A DNA stretch of 64,000 nucleotides. Origin: Longimicrobiales bacterium. Its GTDB lineage: Bacteria; Gemmatimonadota; Gemmatimonadetes; Longimicrobiales; RSA9. The translations under genes and the position numbers were made by a program. The stretch lies in contig DASVCS010000015.1 of assembly GCA_036381495.1 (NCBI GenBank), forward strand, positions 5,687-69,686. Direction: 5' to 3'. Under the pieces are notes generated by a model. It was not told the origin of the DNA and did not search any database. It saw only the letters and a program-made list of their open reading frames with translations. Positions 43,645-52,399 of this stretch are shown here, one piece after another; within the stretch, counting starts at the first letter, position 1; each line of letters opens with the position of its first letter.

Positions 43645-44018
43645 TGCTCGCCCTCCTTGCCCAGACGTTCATCCAGCAGCGCGCGCATCCTCCTCAAATC
43701 CTCTTCCGTCAGTCGCCGGTCCGACACGAGCTGCGTCAGCAGCAACTCCGGCCGGCCGGCGAACAGCTTCCGGACCATCCGCCCCAGCGCACTCGCACCC
43801 GCGCGCTCCCGCTCCACCAGCGGATGATACCGGTACGCCCGCCCCGCCTCCCGATGCCCCACGTACCCCTTCTCTTCGAGCGTCCGCAGCACCGTCAGCA
43901 CCGTCGTGTACGCCAGCTCATCCGGAAGCCGCTCCTTCACCTCCGCCACCGTCGCGGCGCCCAACTCCCACAGCACCGCCATCACGTCCAGCTCCCGTTC
44001 CGTGAACGAAATCTCCAC
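43641..44018 (-). CDS. BlaI/MecI/CopY-family transcriptional repressor (module 2)
   Basis: ORF 43641..44114(-), trimmed to the GTG at 44018, which is preceded by GCAGGAGGTG. (V)EISFTERELDVMAVLWELGAATVAEVKERLPDELAYTTVLTVLRTLEEKGYVGH. Confidence 0.85.
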   Translation of the reverse strand: MEISFTERELDVMAVLWELGAATVAEVKERLPDELAYTTVLTVLRTLEEKGYVGHREAGRAYRYHPLVERERAGASALGRMVRKLFAGRPELLLTQLVSDRRLTEEDLRRMRALLDERLGKEGEQ

Positions 44019-44751
44019 TCGCCACCTCCTGCATGAATCTCGCTTCGCCCCGCGCCGTCCGCTCCGCGGCCGCGCCTCCGGGCGGATCCGGCCCGGCCCG
44101 ATCACCACCGCCACCGGGCGGCCGCGATGGTGGACCGATCACCGCCGGAAGCTCGGCCGCGCCCGAGATCAACTCGACCGGCTCTTCGTCCAGCGGCACC
44201 ACCGCCGTGAAATAGTAGCGCCCCGGCCGGATCGTGTCGCCGATCACCGACGGCATCACCTCCGTCATCGTGAGAGACCGCGACGCATTCGCCGGCACCA
44301 CCAGCGGTTCGCCGCCCCCACGACAGGACCCGTCCTCTCGCTCCTCCCATGCCCGCCCCGTCCGCCGCGCCCACCCCCGCAAGCGTATGTACTCGTCCCA
44401 CGCCGGGAACCCCACCCGCTCCGGCGTCGTGTACAGCCGGACCCACACCATACAGGCGATCGGCGGCACCTCGACCGGCTCATCCCCACCGTTCTCCACC
44501 AGGATCTCCGTCCGGATCTGCACCGGCGCCACGGAGATGAAGCTCGTCACCGCCCGGTACGTCACATCCCCGTCCTCCCAAACCGGACGCGGACCTCTCG
44601 CCCCGCCGAATAGACCGAACACCGCCGAACACCCGGCCAGGCACACCGTCCCGAGCGCCGCCGACAGGCCGGCCGCCACGCAGAGCGCCGGGTGCCGACG
44701 CTCGCCCACACCGGGACGACGGCGCCGCGACCGCGTGCCGACGACGATCAC
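43918..44751 (-). CDS. Lipoprotein of unknown function, first gene of BlaI/BlaR1 module 2
   Basis: ORF 43918..44862(-). The proposed start is the GTG at 44751 (VIVVGTRSRRRRPGVGERRHPALCVAAGLSAALGTVCLAGC, with a lipobox). The core has balanced beta-rich composition (VWEDGDVTYRAVTSFISVAPVQIRTEILVENGG...RYYFTAVVPLDEEPVEL). A low-complexity tail overlaps the blaI-2 start by 101 nt. Confidence 0.55.
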   Translation of the reverse strand: MIVVGTRSRRRRPGVGERRHPALCVAAGLSAALGTVCLAGCSAVFGLFGGARGPRPVWEDGDVTYRAVTSFISVAPVQIRTEILVENGGDEPVEVPPIACMVWVRLYTTPERVGFPAWDEYIRLRGWARRTGRAWEEREDGSCRGGGEPLVVPANASRSLTMTEVMPSVIGDTIRPGRYYFTAVVPLDEEPVELISGAAELPAVIGPPSRPPGGGGDRAGPDPPGGAAAERTARGEARFMQEVASGDFVHGTGAGRDGGAVGVGRRDGGGGEGAASG

Positions 44752-44958
44752 GCGCCACCGCCGACCGGCGGCGCTCACGCCGCGCACCCCGCAACCGCTC
44801 CGGCGCCCGGCTCCTTCGGCACGACGGCCGAGCGACGGCCCGCAACGCCCGCGTCCGTCCAACCGTTGCCAAGCATCGATCCTGGTCCCCCGCTCGCCCG
44901 GTCCGGCCGGCCCGCCCGGCTGGCCGCGCCGGACGGCTTCACGCTGGCACCCCGGCGA

Positions 44959-45028
44959 ACTACTAGTCTTCTAATACACGATGGCACGCGCGACGCGCGT
45001 TGTCAACTATCTGGGTAGTAGACGGCCG
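44959..45028 (-). promoter_or_regulatory. Candidate BlaI operator/promoter region of module 2
   Basis: On the minus strand: CGGCCG-TCTACTAC...TTGACA(45006-45001)...GACTAGTAGT. It shares the CTAC/GTAG half-sites and the GGCCG core with the module-1 operator. The -10 is weak (CATCGT). Confidence 0.3.
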
Positions 45029-45174
45029 CGGTGCTCCGCGCGTGCCGCACGACCGGACGGCGCCGGACCCGATGATGCTCCCGGCTGGAGTGGTTACCGC
45101 ATCAATCCAGAGTCGAGCGTGCGGATCGCGAGTCCGTCACGAAAGGCGGAGCGGCTCCGAATCGGCGGACGGCG

Positions 45175-45543
45175 CTAGCCGCGCCAGGCCGCATAGGCCA
45201 GGAGCGCCCAGCCGGCGAGGAAGGAGAGGCCGCCGAGCGGCGTGATGAAGGCGACGGGGCGGGGTCCGCCGAGTGCGAGGAGGTAGAGGCTGCCGGAGAA
45301 GAGGAGGATGCCGAGGGTGAAGAGCCAGCCGGCCGCGGTGAGGGCGCCACTGGTCCAGCGAGTCGCGGCGAGGCCGACGGCGAGGAGGGCGAGTGCGTGA
45401 TAGAGCTGGTAGCGGGCCGCGAGCTCGAAGGTGTCGAGCCGGTCGGGCGTGAGCCGGCCTTCGAGCGCGTGTGCGCCGATGGCGCCGAGGGCGACGCCGA
45501 GCAGTCCGGCGATCGAGCCGATGATGAAGAAGACTCTGTCCAA
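45175..45543 (-). CDS. DUF423-family membrane protein
   Basis: ORF 45175..45639(-). FFIIGSIAGLLGVALGAIGAHAL...YQLYHALALLAVG...GILLFSGSLYLLAL. A TTG start at 45543 is proposed; the ATG at 45639 would add 32 Arg-rich residues. Confidence 0.75.
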   Translation of the reverse strand: MDRVFFIIGSIAGLLGVALGAIGAHALEGRLTPDRLDTFELAARYQLYHALALLAVGLAATRWTSGALTAAGWLFTLGILLFSGSLYLLALGGPRPVAFITPLGGLSFLAGWALLAYAAWRG

Positions 45544-45766
45544 GCTGTCGCTCCGGTCGGGGTGGCGCGGGCGGCCGCGGTCCCGGCGTGTCGCCGCGGG
45601 CGTGGCGCGGCTGTGGACCAGACTACCCGGCGTGTGCATGGTGCGTCAAGGAACCGGTCGGCGCGGTCCGGGTCTAATACGGCGTTCGCGCAAGCCAATC
45701 GCCTCTGCGACGCTGCCTCCGTCCACGCCGGGTGATGGAGCGGCGCCGCGGCAAACCGGGAGATCG

Positions 45767-46831
45767 ATGTCGCGGAAGCTGTGGATCGCACTCGTGGTCG
45801 TGGTGCTCGTCGCCGGGGCGACACTGACGTGTTCACCGACGTACGTGGTCCGCGCGGGGATCGAGGAGGCGCGAATCCTGAGCCGGCGCGAGCCGATCAC
45901 CGAGGTGGTGGCGGATCCGGACACGAGCGAGCCGATCCGGCGCAAGCTCGAGATGGTGGTGGAGGCGCGGACGTTCGCGCATCGCGTGCTCGATCTGGAC
46001 GTCGGCGACAGCTACACGACGTACTCGTGGGTGGACCGGGACACGCTGGCGCTGGTGCTCTCCGCGGCGCGCCAGGACCGTTTCGAGCCGGTCACCTGGT
46101 GGTTCCCGATCGTCGGTCACATCCCGTACAAGGGGTTCTTCAGCCTTGCCGAGGCGCGCGAAGCCGCGCGCGAGTTGGAGGAGGAGGGCTACGACACCTA
46201 CATCCGCCCGACCGGCGCCTTCAGCACGCTCGGCTGGTTCAACGACCCATTGCTCTCGACCATTCTCCGCTACAACGACGTCTCGCTGGTCTCGACGGTC
46301 ATCCACGAGCTGACGCACAACACGCTCTTCGTGCCGAGTCGGGTCTCGTTCAACGAGAGCTTCGCGAGCTTCGTCGGGGATCGTGGCGCGATCGCCTATT
46401 TTTGTGCGCTCGAGGGCGAGGACGGCGAGCGGTGCCGGGAGGCGCGGGCGGATTGGTCGGATAACCTGATCTTCGGCGCGTTCCTGCAAGAGCTGATCGC
46501 GGAGCTGGAAGCCGTGTACGCGCGCACGGACCTTCCGCTCAGCGAGCGCCTCGCGCGCCGGGAAGAGGTCTTCGCGCGCGCGAAGGCTCGCTTCGTCCGC
46601 GAGGTCCAGCCGCGGCTCTCCGTGCCCGGCTACCGCGGGTTCCCGCGCGTTCCGCTCAACAACGCGCGGCTCATCGCCTGGCGCATCTACTACGACCGCC
46701 TGCATCTCTTCGAGGCCGTCTACCAGCGCTACGCGCCCGACCTGCCCGCCGCGGTGCGCGCGATCCGCGAGGCCGCCGCCGCCCGGCCCGAGGACCCCTT
46801 CGGCGCCATCGCCCGGCTGGCCTCGGAGTAG
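45767..46831 (+). CDS. Putative zinc aminopeptidase (PF10023/DUF2265-like)
   Basis: ORF 45431..46831(+), ATG at 45767. N-terminal anchor MSRKLWIALVVVVLVAGATLTC. WWFPIVGHIPYKGFF and VIHELTHNTLF (HExxH) motifs. Confidence 0.75.
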   Translation: MSRKLWIALVVVVLVAGATLTCSPTYVVRAGIEEARILSRREPITEVVADPDTSEPIRRKLEMVVEARTFAHRVLDLDVGDSYTTYSWVDRDTLALVLSAARQDRFEPVTWWFPIVGHIPYKGFFSLAEAREAARELEEEGYDTYIRPTGAFSTLGWFNDPLLSTILRYNDVSLVSTVIHELTHNTLFVPSRVSFNESFASFVGDRGAIAYFCALEGEDGERCREARADWSDNLIFGAFLQELIAELEAVYARTDLPLSERLARREEVFARAKARFVREVQPRLSVPGYRGFPRVPLNNARLIAWRIYYDRLHLFEAVYQRYAPDLPAAVRAIREAAAARPEDPFGAIARLASE

Positions 46832-46834
46832 GCC

Positions 46835-46851
46835 GGGCGCCGAAGGCGCCC
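46835..46851 (+). terminator. GC hairpin 3 nt after the aminopeptidase stop
   Basis: GGGCGCC-gaa-GGCGCCC: a 7-bp perfect stem with no U-tract. Confidence 0.3.
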
Positions 46852-46867
46852 CGACCGGACGCCCCCC

Positions 46868-46896
46868 TGTCACTGGCACGCACACGCCACTATAGT
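46868..46896 (+). promoter_or_regulatory. Candidate leuS promoter
   Basis: TGTCAC, a 17-nt spacer, then TATAGT (46891-46896), 54 nt upstream of the leuS ATG. The -10 is embedded in the palindrome CACTATAGTG. Confidence 0.35.
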
Positions 46897-46949
46897 GTAC
46901 GTTTCCGCGCAGTTTCCGAGACCGGCGAATCCATGACGCAAGACGTGCG

Positions 46950-49574
46950 ATGAGTGACGGCAACCACGAGACGTACACCCCGGCCGCGATCGAGGAGAAG
47001 TGGCAGCGGCTCTGGGAGGAGCGGGGGACCAACACCTACGGGGATGAGGCGCTCGCCGCGGCCGACCGCCCGTTCTACAACCTGATGATGTTCCCCTACC
47101 CCTCCGCGGAGGGGCTGCACGTCGGGAACATCTACGCCTTCACGGGCGCCGATGTCTACGGCCGGTTCCGGCGGCTCCAGGGCGACGCCGTCTTCGAGCC
47201 GATCGGCTTCGACGCGTTCGGCATCCACTCGGAGAACTACGCGCTCAAGGTCGGCACCCACCCGATGGAGCTGATCCCGAAGAACATCGCGAACTTCACG
47301 CGGCAGCTCCGGCGCACGGGCGCGATGTACGACTGGAACCACACCGTCGACACGACCGACCCGCGCTACTACCGGTGGACGCAGTGGCTCTTCCTCCAGC
47401 TCTACAAGGCCGGGCTGGCCGAGAAGCGCGAGGCGCCCGTCAACTGGTGCCCGGGGTGTCACACGGTCCTCGCGAACGAGCAGGTCATTGCGGGCGAGTG
47501 CGAGCGGTGCGGCACGGCCGTCGAGCAGCGCTACCTCTCGCAGTGGTTCTTCCGGATCACCGATTACGCCCAGCGCCTGCTCGATGACCTCTCCTGGATC
47601 GACTGGTCGGAGACGACGAAGAAGGCGCAGGAGAACTGGATCGGCCGGAGTGAAGGCGCCGAGTTGCGCTTCCCCATCGCGCGGCGCCGCGTGGCCGAGG
47701 ACCGGCACGAGCCCGCCCGGCTCCACGCCGAACCGCCCGTGATCCGCGTGTTCACGACCCGGCCGGACACCGTCTTCGGCGCGACGTTCATGGTGCTCGC
47801 GCCCGAGCACCCGCTGGTCGACGCGCTGACGAGCGACGACCAGCGCGCGGCCGTCGAGGCGTACCGCGCGCGGATCGCGACCATGGACGTCGTCGCCCGC
47901 AAGAAGACGGACAAGGAGAAGACCGGTGTCTTCACCGGCGGCTACTGCATCAACCCGGCGACGGGCGAGGAGATTCCCGTCTGGATCGCGGACTACGTGC
48001 TCATGGAGTACGGCACGGGCGCGATCATGGCCGTGCCGGGGCACGACGACCGCGACTTCGAGTTCGCGACCAAGTTCGCGCTCCCGATCCGCCGCGTGGT
48101 GGCGGAGGCGGCGGACCCCGAGGCCATGCCCGGCGCGCCGGGCGCCCGCGAAGACGGAACCCCAGCGGTATCGGAAGCGGAGGCGCTGGCCCGATCCGCG
48201 GCCGAGCCGCTCACCGAAGCGTACACCGGCCCCGGCGTGCTCGTGAACTCCGACCGCTTCAACGGCATGCGCTGGGATGAGGCGAAGCGCGCGATCACCG
48301 ACTGGCTTGCCGAGCGCGGTCTGGCCGAGCCACGGGTCAACTACCGGCTCCACGACTGGTGCATCTCGCGCCAGCGCTACTGGGGGCCGCCGATCCCGAT
48401 CCTCTACTGCGACCGCTGCGGCACGGTCCCCGTCCCGGAGGCGGACCTCCCGGTCGTGCTGCCGTATGTCGAAGACTACAAGCCCGACGAGAGCGGCGTG
48501 AGCCCGCTCGCCCGGGTCGAGGAATGGTACCGCGTCCCCTGCCCGGAGTGCGGCGGCGAGGCGCGGCGCGAGACGGACGTGAGCGACACGTTCCTGGACA
48601 GCGCGTGGTACTTCCTGCGCTACCCGTCGGCCGGCCGCGACGACGTCGCGTTCGACCGCGCGCTCACGAAGAAATGGCTCCCCGTCGACATGTACATCGG
48701 CGGCGAGGAGCACGCGGTGCTGCACCTGCTGTACAGCCGCTTCATCACGATGGTGCTGCACGACCTCGGCCACATCGACTTCGAGGAGCCGTACGTCCGG
48801 TTCCGCAAGCACGGGCTCATCATCAAGGACGGCGCGAAGATGTCGAAGAGCCGGGGCAACGTGGTGGTCCCCGACGAGTACATCGAGCGCTTTGGCGCGG
48901 ACGCGTTCCGCACCTACCTGATGTTCCTCGGTCCGTACCAGGAAGGCGGCGATTTCCGTGACCAGGGACTCCAGGGTCCGTACGGGTTCCTGAGCCGGCT
49001 GTGGGACTGCGTCGTCCCCGTCGCGATGTTGGGCGATGCGCCGATCGAGGGAGCCCTCGAGCAGAAGCTGCACGCCACGATCCGGAAGGTGACCGAGGAC
49101 CTGGCCGAGCTGCGCTACAACACGGCGATTGCCGCGATGATGGAGTACCTGAACGCGGTCCGCGAGGGTGGGCGCCGGGCGAACCGGTCCGAGGTCGAGC
49201 CGCTCATCGTGCTGGTGGCGCCGTTCGCGCCGCACATCGCCGAGGAGCTGTGGCAGCGGCTCGGCCACGAGCGGAGCATCTTCGAGCGCCCGACCGAGGG
49301 CGAAGCCGCCGCGAGGCCGGCGGGTTGGCGCTCCGTCGCCGGCGGCAACTGGCCGGTCTTCGATCCGGAGAAGGCGACGGTCGACGTCGTCGAGTTCGTC
49401 GTGCAGGTGAACGGGAAGGTGCGCGCGCGGATCCCGGTCGAGCGCGGGATCCGCGAAGACGAGGCGCGCGCCGCGGCGCTGGCGGACGAGAACGTGCGCC
49501 GCTTCGTGAACGGCAACCAGGTCCGGAAGGTGATCTTCGTGCCGGACCGGCTGATCAACCTGGTAGTGGCGTAG
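46950..49574 (+). CDS. leuS: Leucyl-tRNA synthetase
   Basis: FYNLMMFPYPSAEGLHVGN (HIGH region), a CP1 editing domain and KMSKSRGN (KMSKS). 874 aa. The long minus ORF 46890..49664 is its shadow. Confidence 0.95.
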   Translation: MSDGNHETYTPAAIEEKWQRLWEERGTNTYGDEALAAADRPFYNLMMFPYPSAEGLHVGNIYAFTGADVYGRFRRLQGDAVFEPIGFDAFGIHSENYALKVGTHPMELIPKNIANFTRQLRRTGAMYDWNHTVDTTDPRYYRWTQWLFLQLYKAGLAEKREAPVNWCPGCHTVLANEQVIAGECERCGTAVEQRYLSQWFFRITDYAQRLLDDLSWIDWSETTKKAQENWIGRSEGAELRFPIARRRVAEDRHEPARLHAEPPVIRVFTTRPDTVFGATFMVLAPEHPLVDALTSDDQRAAVEAYRARIATMDVVARKKTDKEKTGVFTGGYCINPATGEEIPVWIADYVLMEYGTGAIMAVPGHDDRDFEFATKFALPIRRVVAEAADPEAMPGAPGAREDGTPAVSEAEALARSAAEPLTEAYTGPGVLVNSDRFNGMRWDEAKRAITDWLAERGLAEPRVNYRLHDWCISRQRYWGPPIPILYCDRCGTVPVPEADLPVVLPYVEDYKPDESGVSPLARVEEWYRVPCPECGGEARRETDVSDTFLDSAWYFLRYPSAGRDDVAFDRALTKKWLPVDMYIGGEEHAVLHLLYSRFITMVLHDLGHIDFEEPYVRFRKHGLIIKDGAKMSKSRGNVVVPDEYIERFGADAFRTYLMFLGPYQEGGDFRDQGLQGPYGFLSRLWDCVVPVAMLGDAPIEGALEQKLHATIRKVTEDLAELRYNTAIAAMMEYLNAVREGGRRANRSEVEPLIVLVAPFAPHIAEELWQRLGHERSIFERPTEGEAAARPAGWRSVAGGNWPVFDPEKATVDVVEFVVQVNGKVRARIPVERGIREDEARAAALADENVRRFVNGNQVRKVIFVPDRLINLVVA

Positions 49575-49662
49575 GCGGGTCCGCCCAGGGGACCGAACCT
49601 GGCATACCCTTTGCCATGGTGGCCGCTCCACGTCGGCGACCACCACGCACGGGGCTGTTCGC

Positions 49663-52221
49663 ATGCCGGACGAGATCGAGCCCGGGGGGCTCTCGGCAGG
49701 CGGGGCCGAGGATCGGTTCCGACGGATCGCCGAGAACGTGCGCGAGATCCTGTGGATCCTGGACGCCGACGGCTCCCGGATCCGCTATGCCAACCCCGCA
49801 TTCGAAAGGATCACGGGCCGCTCCGTCGAGGAGATAACCGGCGACCGGGCCAGGTCGTGGCACGAGATCGTCCATCCGGACGACCGCGCCCGGATCGACG
49901 AGACCGACTTTTCCCGTGCACAGGATGTCGAGTTCCGGATCGTGCGCCCGGACGGCGAGGTTCGCTGGCTCTGGGTACGCGATGTCCCGATCCGCGATGC
50001 GCGCGGCAACGTCCAGCAGATCATCGGCGTCGCGCAGGACATCACGCAACGCAAGCGAGCCGAGCAGTCGCTCGAGAAGACGCTGGCGCTGCTGCACGCT
50101 ACACTGGACGCCACAGCGGACGGCATCCTCGCCCTGGACCTCGAGGGGCGGATCTCGATGTTCAACCGCCGCTTCGTCGACCTCTGGAAGATCCCGGATT
50201 TCATCGCCATCGAGGCCGGCAACGAGCAGGCCCTCTGGACGTACCTCCGGGATCAGCTCGAGGACCCGGACGCCTTCATGGCCGGGATGAATCGGGTCAA
50301 GGACCGCCTGCGAACCAGCAGCTTCGACATTCTCGAATTCAAGGATGGCCGCGTCTTCGACCGATGCTCGTATCCGGAGTGGATCGGCGACCAGGTCGTC
50401 GGCCGGGTCTGGAGCTTTCGGGACACCACCAAGCGGACCCACGCGGAGCGGGCGTTACGCCACAAGACGCGGCGGCTCGAAACCCAGAACGCGGTGCTGT
50501 TGCGCATTACGCGGTCACCTGTCACCGACCGCCAATCCGCGTTCGAGCACATCACCGAGGCGGCGTCGGACGTGCTCGAGACGGAGCGCGTCGGGATCTG
50601 GCTCTTCGATGAGGCGCGTCGGGAGATCCGTTTGTGGGAGCTGTTCCAGCGTAGCGACCGCAGGCACTCTTCGGGGACCGTACTCCAGCGCGACCAGGCG
50701 CCCGCGTACTTCCGCGCGATCGAGGAGGAGCGCACCGTGGCCGCCAATGACGTGGCCGCGGATCCCCGGACCCACGAACTGCTGGAATCCTACTGTGGGC
50801 CGCTCGGCATCACGTCGATGCTGGACGCACCGATCCGCGCCGGTGGCACGCTCATCGGGATCATCTGCTTCGAGCACGTCGGCGCCCCGCGGCGCTGGAC
50901 CATCGAGGACCAGAGCTTCGCCGGATCCGTCGCGGACCTCGTTTCGATCACGGTCGAGGCCGCGGACCGCCAGGAAGCCCAAAGACGCGTGCGCGTGCTC
51001 GCACGCGCCGGCACCGTCCTCGCGTCGTCGCTCGATTACCACACCACGCTCTCGAACGTAGCCCAACTCACGATCCAGGCGATCGCCGACTGGTGCGTGA
51101 TCGACATCGTCGAAGACGGCAAGATCCGCCGCGTGACCTCGGCCCACCGCGAAGGAGCGAAGGCCGACCTCATGCGCGAGCTACGGCGCGACTACCCGCT
51201 CGAGTGGGACTCGCCCCAGCCGGGCGCCATCGCGCTGCGCACCGGCGAGCCTCAACTCGCCCCGGATGTCACCGAGGCCGTGATGCGCGAGCACACACAC
51301 GATGCGCGCCATCGGGAGCTGATCCGCCGCCTCGGCATCCACTCCTACATGGCCGTGCCACTCACGGCGCGCGAGCGCACCCTCGGCGTCATCACGTTCG
51401 CATCCGCCGAGCGCAGCTACGACGCCAACGACCTCGCGTTCGCCCAGGACATCGCCACCCGCGCCGCCGTGGCGATCGACAACGCCCGCCTGTACGAGCG
51501 GGCACAGGAGGCCAACAAGGCGAAATCCGACTTCCTCGCCGTCATGAGTCACGAACTCCGGACCCCGCTCACCGCGATCATCGGCTACGCCGACCTGCTG
51601 GACGCGGGCGTCGCCGGGAAGATCAACGCCGAGCAGCGGCGCCACATCGAGCGGATCCGGCTCCGCTCCCTGGACCTGCTCCGCGCCCTCGAGGAAATCC
51701 TCACGTTTTCCCGTACCGAGACCGGGCGCGAACAACGGCACATCGAAACCGTCGACCTCGCCGACCTGGTCCGCGAGGTCGCCGCGATCGCCCGCCCGCT
51801 CGCCGATGAGCGAGGTCTCTCCTTCGAGCTCGACGCGCCCGACCAGCCGACGCCCTTCTCCACCGATCCCGGGAAACTGAAGCACATCCTGCTGAACCTG
51901 CTCTCGAACGCGGTCAAGTTCACCGAGCGCGGCGGCGTCGAGCTGGAAGCGAAGAAGGAGGACGGCAGCGCCGTCTTCCACGTGCGGGATACCGGCCGGG
52001 GCATCGCGCACGCGAACCGGGAACGCATCTTCGAGCCGTTCGTGCAGGCCGAAGCCGCCACGACGCGGGAGACGGGGGGGACCGGGCTCGGCCTCGCCGT
52101 CGTCCGCCGCCTCGCGCGGCTCCTGGGAGGCGAGGTCTACGTCGACAGCACGCCCGGCAAGGGGAGCACCTTCACGGTCCGGCTGCCGGCGGCACCCGAT
52201 GGCGCGCCCAGCGCCCGCTGA
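49663..52221 (+). CDS. Multi-domain sensor histidine kinase (PAS x2-3, GAF x2, HisKA, HATPase_c)
   Basis: PAS segments (FRRIAENVREILWILDADGSRIRYANPAFERITG; LHATLDATADGILALDLEGRISMFN). GAF segments. The H-box is MSHELRTPLTAIIGYADLL, the N-box LLNLLSNAVKFT, and the G-boxes DTGRGI and GTGLGLAVV. No adjacent response regulator. Confidence 0.9.
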   Translation: MPDEIEPGGLSAGGAEDRFRRIAENVREILWILDADGSRIRYANPAFERITGRSVEEITGDRARSWHEIVHPDDRARIDETDFSRAQDVEFRIVRPDGEVRWLWVRDVPIRDARGNVQQIIGVAQDITQRKRAEQSLEKTLALLHATLDATADGILALDLEGRISMFNRRFVDLWKIPDFIAIEAGNEQALWTYLRDQLEDPDAFMAGMNRVKDRLRTSSFDILEFKDGRVFDRCSYPEWIGDQVVGRVWSFRDTTKRTHAERALRHKTRRLETQNAVLLRITRSPVTDRQSAFEHITEAASDVLETERVGIWLFDEARREIRLWELFQRSDRRHSSGTVLQRDQAPAYFRAIEEERTVAANDVAADPRTHELLESYCGPLGITSMLDAPIRAGGTLIGIICFEHVGAPRRWTIEDQSFAGSVADLVSITVEAADRQEAQRRVRVLARAGTVLASSLDYHTTLSNVAQLTIQAIADWCVIDIVEDGKIRRVTSAHREGAKADLMRELRRDYPLEWDSPQPGAIALRTGEPQLAPDVTEAVMREHTHDARHRELIRRLGIHSYMAVPLTARERTLGVITFASAERSYDANDLAFAQDIATRAAVAIDNARLYERAQEANKAKSDFLAVMSHELRTPLTAIIGYADLLDAGVAGKINAEQRRHIERIRLRSLDLLRALEEILTFSRTETGREQRHIETVDLADLVREVAAIARPLADERGLSFELDAPDQPTPFSTDPGKLKHILLNLLSNAVKFTERGGVELEAKKEDGSAVFHVRDTGRGIAHANRERIFEPFVQAEAATTRETGGTGLGLAVVRRLARLLGGEVYVDSTPGKGSTFTVRLPAAPDGAPSAR

Positions 52222-52399
52222 CCTCGCCGGCGCGCTTCACTCGCGTCACGGCGGCGGCGCAGACAGTCCGCTCCCGTCCTCTGCTCGGCGACATCGATGA
52301 TCTGACCCGCGTGCCTCGCGAAGCGCTCGACGGCGTGGCAGAGGACTTCCACCACGCTCACCTCGGGGCCCTTGGATCCCTCGGCGCTCGATCGGCCGT

